A stretch of DNA of 64,000 bases from Candidatus Nomurabacteria bacterium (GCA_020632075.1 JACKGH010000001.1:793778-857777), one strand, 5' to 3'; shown: positions 28,914-38,368, counted from the first letter of the stretch. The notes: generated from the sequence alone by a model not told the origin. Translations and numbers: made by a program.

Positions 28914-31052
28914 CTACTCTTGTTTCTTTTCGGGTCGTGCTTGTGGTGTGAGACCGTGGTTTTTGCCCCATTCTGGATCAGCTTGCTTGATCGATAGTCC
29001 GATCTTACCGTCTTCTACCTTTGAGATCACTACTGGCACGACATCTCCAATATTGAGTATTCCCTCGACTGTTTCGATCCGGAACGGTGCTACTTCGGAG
29101 ATGTGTATCAGACCTTCGTTGAATGCGTCTAGTTTTGCAAAGGCACCAAAGGTGGCAATGCGAGTAACGGTTGCTTCGGCTCGCTCCCCCACTTCGTAGA
29201 CCCTGGTCAGAGCTCGAATGCGATCGGCGGCAGCTTGAGCCGTCCCGTTTTTACCAGTGATGTACACGGTGCCGTCCTCTTCAATGCCGATCTCTTCTAC
29301 CCCCGAATCATCCTTAATACTGTTGATGGTCTTGCCACCGCTTCCGATGACGAGTCCGATCTGTTCTGGCATGATCTTCAGTACAATGATCTCTGGAGCA
29401 CGTGGCGAAATGTTTTCCCGTGGTACAGCGATCTCAGCCGTGATCACGTCAAGGATCTGTAGTCGGGCTTGTCGTGCTTTCTCAAGAGCGCCTTCTAATA
29501 TATGTAGTGGCACACCATCCACCTTCACATCCATTTGGATCGCGGTAACTCCCTCAGTGGTTCCAGCCACCTTGAAGTCCATATCACCAAACTCATCTTC
29601 TGGTCCTTGAATGTCAGTGAGAAGGACATGTTGATCACCACCGATCATGACGCCTGAAGCAATGCCTGCCACTGGTCGTTTGATCGGTACGCCCCCGTCC
29701 ATGAGGGCAAGAGTTGAACCACACACGGAACCCATCGAACTAGATCCGTTACTCGAAAGTGTTTCCGATACAAGTCGAATAGTGTATGGAAATTCTTCCT
29801 GCGATGGAAGGACTGGTACGAGTGCTTTCTCAGCGAGGGCGCCATGGCCGATCATACGACGATTGAATCCGCCAACTCGGCCGGTTTCGCCAACTGAAAA
29901 TGGCGGAAAGTTGTAGTGGTGCATGAAACGCTTCTTCATATCTTGGCTTTCGATGGTGTCGATTGCTTGAGCTGCTTCTGGTCCGCCAAGTGTCAGCGCA
30001 GAAAAGATGTGTGTACCCCCTCGGTAGAAAATGCCTGAGCCGTGGAGCACTGGTGAAACTCCACCAGCTTTCGCAAATAGCTCGCGCACTTCATCCATAC
30101 CACGACCGTCGGCCCGCTTACCGTCTTCGAGTGCGCCGCGGTGCAGCTCTTCGTCGACCTTATCTTCAAAATAGTCACCTGCTACAACAGCATCGATCTC
30201 ACGTTCGTCAACTGCTGTCATGAACTCACCCTTTAGCTCGTAGATGTGAGACTTTCCAGCTTTGTTTGAAAAGAGTGTATCAGATAACTTTTGCTTGAAG
30301 GTTGTGGTGAATAGATCAACGAGAGCTTCAGGTATCTCACGTACCGGTTCAGCTTGTTTGTCTTTTCCGAGGGCCGCTACAATTTCTTTTTGCCACTGTT
30401 CCAGTTGTTGGTGTACGCTTGTAGCTGCTTCAAGGATTGCCACTACATCAGTTTCGCTGACCTCGTGTGCTGCTGTTTCGATCATGTTGATCGTGTTGTC
30501 TTTACCACAAGCGAGCACCTCAAAATCGAGCAGTCCCTCCTTCCGCTCATTGTAGGTTGGGTTGATGATCACTTCCCTCGTTTCTTTGTTGCGTCCGATA
30601 CGAACTGCACCAACTGGTCCGCGCCATGGAATGTCAGAGACCGCGAGTGCGAGTGAGGCACCGATCACGCCAAGTACATCAGGATCATCTTCACCAATTG
30701 CAAGCACGGTCACGACCACCTGCACTTCTTTACGGATGTGTTGATTGAAGAGTGGACGAATAGTTCGGTCAACGATGCGAGCCGAGAGTACTGCTTCATC
30801 ACTTGGCCTACCTTCCCGTCGCTGGAAGCGGCTTCCGAGGATTGCGCCAGCGGCATAGAATTTCTCTTCGAACTCGACTGAAAGTGGGAAGTAATTCATT
30901 GGTACTTCTTTCTCCCCCATCACTGCAGTTACCAAGATCGCGGTCTCGCCGTACTTGAGAAGGACTGAGCCATTGGCTTGTGCGGTGAGGTCTGAAAATT
31001 CTGCAGTGAGTGTTTTGCCTGCAAGGTCTAAAGAAAAAGATTGTGTTTGCAT
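28914..31052 (-). CDS. pnp: Polyribonucleotide nucleotidyltransferase (PNPase)
   Basis: 712 aa with two PH domains plus KH and S1 (…GERAEATVTRIATFGAFAKL…). Confidence 0.95.
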   Translation of the reverse strand: MQTQSFSLDLAGKTLTAEFSDLTAQANGSVLLKYGETAILVTAVMGEKEVPMNYFPLSVEFEEKFYAAGAILGSRFQRREGRPSDEAVLSARIVDRTIRPLFNQHIRKEVQVVVTVLAIGEDDPDVLGVIGASLALAVSDIPWRGPVGAVRIGRNKETREVIINPTYNERKEGLLDFEVLACGKDNTINMIETAAHEVSETDVVAILEAATSVHQQLEQWQKEIVAALGKDKQAEPVREIPEALVDLFTTTFKQKLSDTLFSNKAGKSHIYELKGEFMTAVDEREIDAVVAGDYFEDKVDEELHRGALEDGKRADGRGMDEVRELFAKAGGVSPVLHGSGIFYRGGTHIFSALTLGGPEAAQAIDTIESQDMKKRFMHHYNFPPFSVGETGRVGGFNRRMIGHGALAEKALVPVLPSQEEFPYTIRLVSETLSSNGSSSMGSVCGSTLALMDGGVPIKRPVAGIASGVMIGGDQHVLLTDIQGPEDEFGDMDFKVAGTTEGVTAIQMDVKVDGVPLHILEGALEKARQARLQILDVITAEIAVPRENISPRAPEIIVLKIMPEQIGLVIGSGGKTINSIKDDSGVEEIGIEEDGTVYITGKNGTAQAAADRIRALTRVYEVGERAEATVTRIATFGAFAKLDAFNEGLIHISEVAPFRIETVEGILNIGDVVPVVISKVEDGKIGLSIKQADPEWGKNHGLTPQARPEKKQE

Positions 31053-31235
31053 TGTAAAAAATTAACGAGCTGAAGACGATAAGACATTTGACCAGCATAT
31101 TCGGTGCAAATATCCACTCGTTCCCAGCTCACTCATATAGTGAGTAGTGTAGCAAAGTGTTTAGAAAACTAAAGTCTCTGCAACAAAAAACGCCAGCAAG
31201 GCTGGCGTCGTGTTAACTGTAGTGTGGTAACCAGT

Positions 31236-32243
31236 CTATTTTTTAGTGCTGGTTATGCGCGTGATGATGGCGTTTTGCCGGGCTTGTTGATCAACCATTT
31301 GTTCACGAGCAGAGCGTGCAGCGTCGTTGATCTTCTCTTCGGCCTTGGCTCGTCTTGCTCTGAGATCGCCGAGTTGCTTCTCGAGTTGTGCAATCTCTCC
31401 ATCCAACTGATTCACCACCTCGCGGTCATTCTTGCTGCCGGTGTGCAGCGCCTGCGCCAGCTCAGTGATTGACCCGACAACCGTTGCCAGTTCTGCCTGG
31501 AGTTCTGTTGGCGTCATGTCATCGAGGTCGGGATATGCTGGTGTATCCGTCACTGCGTCCTTTCGTTCATCGGCAGTATGTACGGTGATGTTGTGATTCA
31601 GCTCCAGCTCAACCAGTTTCACACCTTTTTTGGTGAGTTTGTGCAACTTTACGCGCCCAACTTTTTTGCCACTGTATACAACCAGTCCGTCTTCGATAAA
31701 TTTCTTCAGTTTGAACTGGCCACCTGCAATGGTGAGTTCTTGGCCCTTGGCCTCGTACGCAGCGATGATCACCTGCGGTGCGGCCTTCGGCTTATCTGCA
31801 ACCAGGTTGGTGTTGAGTCGCTGCAGTGCACTGGCGATCTTTTGGCCTTCAGTTATTTCAGTCACGTCATTGTCTCCTCGTTCGGGACTTGGTGATGGTT
31901 CAGTCGTTGGTCGATCGGTCGCCAGGTCGGCAGCGTGTGCGCTGAGACGCTCGTGCCACTCGATCAATGAGATACCTTCAGGCGGGTAGACGCCGCAGGT
32001 CGCTACTTCACCCCTTCGGAGTGAAGGTATAGGAACGTAAACTCGGACACCGCTGCCTGCGGTAGGGTCGGGTTTGACCTCGACTTTGTCGCCAGATCGC
32101 CGTAACAGATCACGGTCTACCCGAACGTCGATCTTCTTGCTCATCGCATCCGGAGCAGCCCCCTCGATAAACGAGGTTAGGTGTTTTGTTACTGCTCGAG
32201 ACAAAGATTGTTTTCGATCAGGATTGATTATATAGAGGGGCAT
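31236..32243 (-). CDS. Hypothetical protein with C-terminal coiled coil; GC-rich
   Basis: Start reassigned to MPLYIINPDRK. Terminator hairpin acgccagcaaggctggcgt lies just 3'. Confidence 0.55.
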   Translation of the reverse strand: MPLYIINPDRKQSLSRAVTKHLTSFIEGAAPDAMSKKIDVRVDRDLLRRSGDKVEVKPDPTAGSGVRVYVPIPSLRRGEVATCGVYPPEGISLIEWHERLSAHAADLATDRPTTEPSPSPERGDNDVTEITEGQKIASALQRLNTNLVADKPKAAPQVIIAAYEAKGQELTIAGGQFKLKKFIEDGLVVYSGKKVGRVKLHKLTKKGVKLVELELNHNITVHTADERKDAVTDTPAYPDLDDMTPTELQAELATVVGSITELAQALHTGSKNDREVVNQLDGEIAQLEKQLGDLRARRAKAEEKINDAARSAREQMVDQQARQNAIITRITSTKK

Positions 32244-32412
32244 GTCTCCTCCTACGGTTATGTTGTTGAACAATGTACTGCTAGCACAATACAACAGAAG
32301 ACACAAAAAGCAAGCTGTTGTAATTGACATATACTATATCAAAGGTATAGTTCAGATAGTTTTAAGTAGGTAATTACCTGTTGTTTTTTGAGAATTTTCT
32401 AGGAGAAGAAAT

Positions 32413-33015
32413 ATGTCCGAGCAGGATAAGTATCTCCCTATGTTTGTTCGTGGGCAAGAGCTTGAGGAAATACTGGGCGAAATGACAATCAGTACCTTCA
32501 TGACTATTGTCGCAAATCACGACCTGGAACCGGCAGCGGTACTCGAACTGCGTGTTGCACACCAAGCGAGTATCTCGTACATGAGCAAATTGATGGACGA
32601 TGGTTTCGATTTTCCATCGATTGTGGCGGCATACAAACTGCGCGAAGAGCTTGGTGCCTTGAATGATCCAGACCGCAGTGACGGCGGTCTTGTTTACAGC
32701 TTCGGTCTCTCGATCCAAAAGGCACTGCTGCTCTTGCGGCGAACCTGTCCTAACATCGAAGATCTGGAGGATGACCACCTAAACGAACTGGTCGATTTGG
32801 TCAGTCAGTTTGCTGATGCGTGTCCGCGTACGTATACGTGGTCTACGGTCGTTGAGATCGTTATCGATGCACTCAATGTTATCGAAGAGGAAAATGGCGG
32901 TTCGATCTGCCGGTGTATGCACGAACTTAATGAAGAGATGGTACGACGGATCACACAAAAGGCAGATTCTGACTATCATTCTGATGATGTGGAGGATATG
33001 TTGAATGGCGACTAA
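32413..33015 (+). CDS. Hypothetical acidic protein (200 aa), overlaps the next gene by 11 nt
   Basis: ORF with operon-style overlap, no recognised motif. Confidence 0.55.
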   Translation: MSEQDKYLPMFVRGQELEEILGEMTISTFMTIVANHDLEPAAVLELRVAHQASISYMSKLMDDGFDFPSIVAAYKLREELGALNDPDRSDGGLVYSFGLSIQKALLLLRRTCPNIEDLEDDHLNELVDLVSQFADACPRTYTWSTVVEIVIDALNVIEEENGGSICRCMHELNEEMVRRITQKADSDYHSDDVEDMLNGD

Positions 33016-33976
33016 GCGAAAAACACCAGCGCTTACGGTGCTTGGTATCTCGCCAGCTTTGGCAAATAAGCTGCCGACTGAGGCGGTCGTGATGGTTGCC
33101 AAGAGTATCTATCGCACGCTTGCTGGCAGGTATCATCCGGACAAGAACCAAGGAGCTGCTCCGCCAGCCAGTATCGATCTCACAGCACTGCAGGAAGCGG
33201 CACGGGCGGTCGAAGCTGACCCGCAGAAATGTATTGCGGAAGTGTCGGCTAAAGCACGCACTACCAAGCAAGAGAAAGAAATGGTCGGTCTTGAGGCAGT
33301 TGTTGAGCAACAAACAGCCGAGATCGAATCGCTCCGGGAGTCACTGTTGTTGCAATGGCAACGGTCGGCCGCGGCGAGTCTTGGGGTGCGATTTGGTGAG
33401 TTGTTGACCAAACAGTCTGGCAAGGATACCTACGATGTGCAAAACCTCAATGGTCTTGGGATCATCGTCCGTACGCCTAATACCACTGAAGAGTATCGTG
33501 AATACTTGCTCGATAAAGGGCATTGGTTCACCAGGCCATTGGTAAAAAAGAGTTTTGGAGTGAAGAGTCCGCTACCACCAGGTATCCGGAAGGAGCTCGT
33601 CATACCAGCTTCTGGTTCAGATGGCGCGCGAGGTTTCTACTACGATCAAGCAGATGCGTATGACCGGGTAGAGAGTTTTGTGATCATCGGATCGTACACG
33701 GTGCATGATCTTCGTGAAGCGCAAGAAAAAGCGCAAAAGGAAACAGCGGACGAGAGTGCGAAGCAGATCGGAGTGCTTAGTATGGGTGAAAAGCTGAGCA
33801 CAGTTGCAGCCAGTTCATCCGAACTTGATTCAGTGATGAGTGCGGTGCTTGAACCGAACGTTGCTTCAGGACGGGTGGTCATATTTGCCGAGCTTGGTGC
33901 AGCAAATCGCATCCGTTTCAAAACTCTCGGCACGGTAGTCAGTGTTCGTGTGTTTGATGCTTCTCAAAGAAGATGA
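33005..33976 (+). CDS. J-domain-like protein (HPD motif) with coiled coil and a C-terminal domain of unknown function
   Basis: LTVLGISPALANKLPTEAVVMVAKSIYRTLAGRYHPDKNQG resembles a DnaJ J domain. Confidence 0.5.
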   Translation: MATKRKTPALTVLGISPALANKLPTEAVVMVAKSIYRTLAGRYHPDKNQGAAPPASIDLTALQEAARAVEADPQKCIAEVSAKARTTKQEKEMVGLEAVVEQQTAEIESLRESLLLQWQRSAAASLGVRFGELLTKQSGKDTYDVQNLNGLGIIVRTPNTTEEYREYLLDKGHWFTRPLVKKSFGVKSPLPPGIRKELVIPASGSDGARGFYYDQADAYDRVESFVIIGSYTVHDLREAQEKAQKETADESAKQIGVLSMGEKLSTVAASSSELDSVMSAVLEPNVASGRVVIFAELGAANRIRFKTLGTVVSVRVFDASQRR

Positions 33977-34019
33977 TCGTATGTTCAAAAATCCCCTGGT
34001 CTATACCAGGGGAAATTTT

Positions 34020-34640
34020 TTATAAGTAATCAGTATCAGAGCCGACAGTCTTTGGCTCAGTATTCTTGCTGTCATTTTTTGTGCCAGTTTTCTTGCTTGG
34101 TGTTCGTTTGCGCGTGTTTCCCTTCCGCGTTGGCCTAAAGCCGATGAGATATTTTTTTGGATCGTCGTCGAGATCAATGAAATCGTCGACTGCATGACGG
34201 AGACCAGACGAAGCTGATCGTCCAAAGGTGATCGCCTCTACCTGGCAGCCAAGACTCTTGATGTACTCAACTGCCGGGATGAAGTCACCGTCGCCGGTCG
34301 CGAAAATGATCGCGTCCATCTTTGGTGCCATCTTGATCGCGTCGACTGCCATACCAATATCCCAGTCAGCTTTCTTTGCGCCGCCGTAGAAGATCTGGAG
34401 GTCCTTCGTTTTGATCTCGATCCCGACTTTTTCGAGCGCTTCGAAGAACGCACTCTCTTCCCCGCCTTCGGTGTTTACCACGTATGAAGTGGCGCGAATG
34501 AGTTTGCGATTTTGCACGGCCGCCTTCACGACTTCAGCGAAGTTCACTTTAGACTTGTATAAATTTTTTGCACTGTGATACAGATTTTGCGTATCAATGA
34601 TTACCGCGACGCGTTGGTCGGGGTGTCGGATTACTCCCAT
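34020..34640 (-). CDS. NYN/LabA-like (DUF88) nuclease-fold protein with a basic C-terminal tail
   Basis: VAVIIDTQNLYHSAK...AIIFATGDGDFIPAVEYIKSLGCQVEAITFG is a typical NYN core. Confidence 0.7.
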   Translation of the reverse strand: MGVIRHPDQRVAVIIDTQNLYHSAKNLYKSKVNFAEVVKAAVQNRKLIRATSYVVNTEGGEESAFFEALEKVGIEIKTKDLQIFYGGAKKADWDIGMAVDAIKMAPKMDAIIFATGDGDFIPAVEYIKSLGCQVEAITFGRSASSGLRHAVDDFIDLDDDPKKYLIGFRPTRKGNTRKRTPSKKTGTKNDSKNTEPKTVGSDTDYL

Positions 34641-34689
34641 AAAATTTGGAAATTATTTTTGTAAGTTTTCTATTATGAAAATTTCGCCG

Positions 34690-34768
34690 CAGTTATAACT
34701 ATGAGACTCAGCATGGTCCTCGCAGCTGACATTGCTGCTGCGGATGCTTCCCTACATAGTTACAACTG
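34690..34768. repeat. Hairpin element copy A, about 80 nt: conserved core with a covarying 14-bp outer stem
   Basis: Core GACTCAGC..TCCTCGCA..GCTGCGGATGCTTC is shared with 51280..51357. Outer stem cagttataactatg / catagttacaactg. Confidence 0.5.
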
Positions 34769-34790
34769 CTGCTTTCTGAGTGTTGCATTA

Positions 34791-34920
34791 GCTTATGGCG
34801 CTACCATTTGTGTAGCGAAACATCTGCACCCCAAGAGTACTTCCAATGACTTCGTCAAAGGGGCGCACGACAATACTCGGAGCGAAGCCGTTGAGTCTCA
34901 CAAATGGTAGCGCCATAAGC
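34791..34920. repeat. 130-nt element bounded by a perfect 22-bp inverted repeat (gcttatggcgctaccatttgtg / cacaaatggtagcgccataagc)
   Basis: Seen directly. Could be a MITE-like element or a long-stem RNA. Confidence 0.5.
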
Positions 34921-34954
34921 GAACCTCAATAGCTTCAACACTATACCGTAAAAC

Positions 34955-34990
34955 AAAAACTCGCTCCAGATGTGAAGCGAGTTTTTGTTC
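34955..34990 (-). terminator. rpsO terminator hairpin (aactcgcttcacatctggagcgagtt plus T-run on the minus strand)
   Basis: Stem followed by TTTTTGTTTT. Confidence 0.6.
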
Positions 34991-34992
34991 AG

Positions 34993-35259
34993 TTAGCCCT
35001 TGAGGCCAAGCTTCTTGATGAGAGCGCTATATGCTTTCTCATCTTTCTTCATGAGGTACTTCAGATGCTTGCGGCGATCCGCTACCATCTGAAGAAGTCC
35101 GCGACGAGAGTGGAAGTCCTTCTTGTGCTTGCGCAGGTGTGAAGAGAGTTCCTCGATCTTGCGGGTAAGGAGTGCCACTTGAGCTTCTGGCGAACCAGTG
35201 TCAGCGTCGTGGCGCTGTACCTTCTTTACCTCATTTTCTTTTACTCGCTTTGATAGCAT
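34993..35259 (-). CDS. rpsO: 30S ribosomal protein S15
   Basis: [55 protein letters not shown]..., start internal to the track ORF. Confidence 0.9.
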   Translation of the reverse strand: MLSKRVKENEVKKVQRHDADTGSPEAQVALLTRKIEELSSHLRKHKKDFHSRRGLLQMVADRRKHLKYLMKKDEKAYSALIKKLGLKG

Positions 35260-35399
35260 AGTGTATTTTCTGTTACGAAACGGACAGTGTGTTTCCACGC
35301 ATATGATGTTTCGCATCATCGGTGGCACCGTCAGTCCGGAATAAATAACCTGTTAAGGTTCGGACGATAATAGCATATTTTGAGCAAAAATCAAGTGGT

Positions 35400-35700
35400 T
35401 TTGAGTCTCGCATGAAACCAGCCTCACCTTATCTCGACCGTGAGATTCTCAGCAGAATCTCACTCCGTCCTCGGCGCTGACTTTCATTCAGTTTAATTTT
35501 AAAGGAATGAAAGACTGGCTCAGCGCCTGCGGATGCTCGCGCCAAGGTGCAACTAGTTCCACGCTGTGCGAAACCATGCGGTGGTGTGTTCTGAAGACAT
35601 TGCGGAAGGCGTATCCTAAACGCCTGAGCATAGGACTTGATCCGTGTCTGAAGAATGTACCACCGCATGGTTGAGTTGTTTCGCAGTGGTGTAAAACAAA
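35400..35700 (-). promoter_or_regulatory. Highly structured roughly 300-nt region 5' of rpsO; candidate autoregulatory leader or unknown ncRNA
   Basis: Hairpins at 35441..35460 and 35473..35527, and a 14-bp long-range pairing 35572..35585 with 35659..35672 enclosing an internal hairpin. No protein-like ORF. Confidence 0.35.
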
Positions 35701-35730
35701 CCCGACTTTGAAAGTCGGGTGGTTGAACTA
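35701..35730 (-). terminator. Hairpin cccgactttgaaagtcggg followed by TTTGTTTT on the minus strand
   Basis: Seen in sequence, downstream of ORF 35750..36061. Confidence 0.55.
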
Positions 35731-35749
35731 TTTGCCTCGTCGAGAGACT

Positions 35750-36061
35750 TTATGTCATTCGCCAAAGCTCACGTGTGACTCTGCTCATTCCGCTGATGAA
35801 AAGCAGCGCGGCACTGATCAGATTTGTTGCGAGTAGCGGTAGTCCCATGACCCACTCTACCGTTGATAGCAGAGGAGATGGAAGTAGTTGAAGCATTGCC
35901 AGCAGTGCGAGGAGGATCAGTGTGGCCACACTACCGAGCAGTTCAGCTGTGGCGAGTGGAAGGCCAGGCTTCATTCTGGTGTGATTGCGCACAGCATGAC
36001 TCAACGCAAAGATGTACAAAAGAGCAGTTCTCACATCCATCATATTGGGTGATGGTTTCAT
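35750..36061 (-). CDS. Small hydrophobic protein (103 aa), doubtful
   Basis: ORF followed by a terminator. No motif, and composition only weakly protein-like. Confidence 0.3.
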   Translation of the reverse strand: MKPSPNMMDVRTALLYIFALSHAVRNHTRMKPGLPLATAELLGSVATLILLALLAMLQLLPSPLLSTVEWVMGLPLLATNLISAALLFISGMSRVTRELWRMT

Positions 36062-36180
36062 TCACGGATCTCCTTGTTTGGGGTAAGGAATCAGTTGTTT
36101 AACTGTACTGTAATAGTTAAAAAAGTCAAGAGTTCTTCTCTTCCGTGTAACACGTTCTGCAACTTGATATAATCAAAACC

Positions 36181-37095
36181 ATGCCAGACCTAGTGAAACT
36201 GAAAACCCAGTTTTTGGAGTACCTCGAGATCGAGCGGGGTAGGTCAGTGAAGACGGTTGAAAACTATGATCGATACCTCGATCGCTTCTTTGATTTTGCT
36301 GAGGTGAAGAAACCGAGCGATCTCACTGAGGAACAGGTGCGTGAGTTTCGCTTACACCTCAATCGGCAGCCGGGAACGAAAGTTGGCGGGCGGCGCGAAC
36401 CCATGAAACGTCGTACGCAAAATTATTACCTCATTGCACTGCGAGCATTCCTCAAGTACCTCCGCAAGCGCGACATCGAAGCGCTTTCGCCCGAGCGGAT
36501 CGAGCTTGCGAAAGTGCCGGAGCGGTCGCTCGATCTCATCTCTGGTGCGGAGCTCAAGCGACTGATGAAAGCTCCCGACACGAAGACGCTCGAAGGCAAG
36601 CGTGACAGCGCGATCCTTGAGCTGCTCTTCTCGACTGGCTTGCGTATCTCTGAACTCTGTTCCCTTTCGATCGATGATGTTGATCTTTCGCGTGATGAAT
36701 TCTCAGTTCGTGGAAAGGGTGACAAAGTGCGGGTGGTATTTCTTTCTGACACCGCGCGAAAAGCGCTTCAAGAATATTTGAAGCATCGCAAAGACATGGA
36801 CGACGCGATGTTTGTACGATACGGACGAAAGCAAAATGATGGTGGTGACTTACGTATCTCCCCGCGTGCAGTGCAGCGACTGATCAAAAAGTACGCTGCC
36901 GCTGCCGGCATCACGCGCAAGGTTACGCCGCACGTGATCCGTCACAGCTTCGCCACCGACCTCTTGCAGAATGGTGCAGACATCCGTAGCGTGCAGGCGC
37001 TCCTTGGTCATGCGAGTATCAACACCACGCAAGTCTACACGCACGTGACCGACAAACATTTACGAGAAGTACATAAAAAATTTCATGGAAAATAA
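36181..37095 (+). CDS. xerC: Tyrosine recombinase XerC/XerD family
   Basis: Core-binding domain plus catalytic C-terminus with R..HxxR..Y: HVIRHSFATDLLQNGADIRSVQALLGHASINTTQVYTHV. Confidence 0.85.
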   Translation: MPDLVKLKTQFLEYLEIERGRSVKTVENYDRYLDRFFDFAEVKKPSDLTEEQVREFRLHLNRQPGTKVGGRREPMKRRTQNYYLIALRAFLKYLRKRDIEALSPERIELAKVPERSLDLISGAELKRLMKAPDTKTLEGKRDSAILELLFSTGLRISELCSLSIDDVDLSRDEFSVRGKGDKVRVVFLSDTARKALQEYLKHRKDMDDAMFVRYGRKQNDGGDLRISPRAVQRLIKKYAAAAGITRKVTPHVIRHSFATDLLQNGADIRSVQALLGHASINTTQVYTHVTDKHLREVHKKFHGK

Positions 37096-38044
37096 AAACC
37101 TTGCCTACCCAATTCAGCGAAAGTGGATCTTAGGGGTCTTCATCATCATTCCCTTGGTGCTCGCGGTCGGACTCTACGATTATTTTTTGAATGATCAGGC
37201 TTGGCAGCCGTACTTTAGTTTGTACTCGTTACTCTTGCCGCTCTACCTGCTCTTTTTTGAGTTGCCGCATATCTTAGCGAGCTTCGCTGGGTTTGCGGAT
37301 GGAGAATATGCCAGGCATTATCGAAAGCACTTACTCATTGGACTGCCGGTCATGCTGCTTTTATTTGGAGTGTTCGCGTGGCACTACTACCTCTTTGCAA
37401 TTGGACTATACCTCGCGATAACTATCTATCATGTGATCAGACAACAGACTGGTATCGCACATATGTTTGGAGTGCCGAAGGGTCGTTGGCATAGTGTGTG
37501 GAGTTGGTCGATCGTTATTGGTGGTGCGCTACTCTTTATGCAACTGGTGGAGTCACGGATCGATCAGGCACTCGCGTGGCTGTGGCCAGTCGGGACAAGT
37601 ATCTTGGCGATCGGGTTTATTGCAGGAGTGGGTCTGATCAAAGAGACGAAGAGTAGGTTGGGTGTTTGGTATGTAGTGGCGACATTAGCGATGGTGCTCA
37701 CCAGCTTCCTCTTCGTGCAATTGCAGTATGCGTTTTTGGCAGTGTTGGTGGTACGGTTTGTGCATGAGGTGACGGCGTTTATGTTTTACATCACGCATGA
37801 GATGAATCGCAATGCAGAGACGATCAAGAATAAGTTGTACAAATGGTTACCACTCTTGCCGGTGTCACTCGTGATCGTTATTCCCCTCTTCGCGATCTTT
37901 GGTGGCGCAGTCGTGCGCAACTCGATCTCTGATCCGAAGATTTTATATATGGTCGTTATGTCGATCGCGCTGATCCACTACTACATGGAAAGTATTATGT
38001 GGAAGCGAGATAGTCTGCATCGACAGTACGTGCAGGTGGTGTAG
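37085..38044 (+). CDS. Polytopic membrane protein (8-9 TM), unknown function
   Basis: 319 aa hydrophobic ORF overlapping the xerC stop. Confidence 0.65.
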   Translation: MENKNLAYPIQRKWILGVFIIIPLVLAVGLYDYFLNDQAWQPYFSLYSLLLPLYLLFFELPHILASFAGFADGEYARHYRKHLLIGLPVMLLLFGVFAWHYYLFAIGLYLAITIYHVIRQQTGIAHMFGVPKGRWHSVWSWSIVIGGALLFMQLVESRIDQALAWLWPVGTSILAIGFIAGVGLIKETKSRLGVWYVVATLAMVLTSFLFVQLQYAFLAVLVVRFVHEVTAFMFYITHEMNRNAETIKNKLYKWLPLLPVSLVIVIPLFAIFGGAVVRNSISDPKILYMVVMSIALIHYYMESIMWKRDSLHRQYVQVV

Positions 38045-38047
38045 TGG

Positions 38048-38085
38048 AGTTTGAAAGGGCGCGCATCCGATAGGATGCGCGCCTT
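38048..38085. terminator. Hairpin aagggcgcgcatccgataggatgcgcgccttt
   Basis: Perfect stem. Confidence 0.5.
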
Positions 38086-38089
38086 TGTG

Positions 38090-38308
38090 TTAGCGTCGAT
38101 TGAGATTGAACTGCTGCACCAACTTGTCTACGTCGATCACATCAACGCAGAGTGTGCTTGGTGTCATGATGACACCGCAGGTAGTGATCGTAAGGACCCC
38201 GCTGTTGAGTTCTTGCTGCAGCACTTCGATGGTTTCTTCAAGCGAAGATTCCTCGATCGACAGCTGCTTCAGTCGATGGCCAGCCCACCAGGCTTTGACA
38301 GTGATCAT
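38090..38308 (-). CDS. Small protein (72 aa) flanked by terminators, doubtful
   Basis: ORF only. Confidence 0.3.
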   Translation of the reverse strand: MITVKAWWAGHRLKQLSIEESSLEETIEVLQQELNSGVLTITTCGVIMTPSTLCVDVIDVDKLVQQFNLNRR

Positions 38309-38368
38309 GCGAGTACCTCGCTTTGTGGAACTGTCGGCATACTACTCGCGTCGGTTGGAGGTGTCAAT

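Noticed and set aside
35400-35745. tmRNA / RNase P RNA / SRP RNA identity for the structured region
   Set aside because: No tRNA-like 5'/3' ends or TTCGAATCC T-arm (tmRNA). No GGAAAGUCCGGGCUCC / ACAGAACCCGGCUUA pairing (RNase P); only a chance GAAAGTCGGG in the terminator. No GGAAGGAAGCAGC domain-IV motif (SRP).
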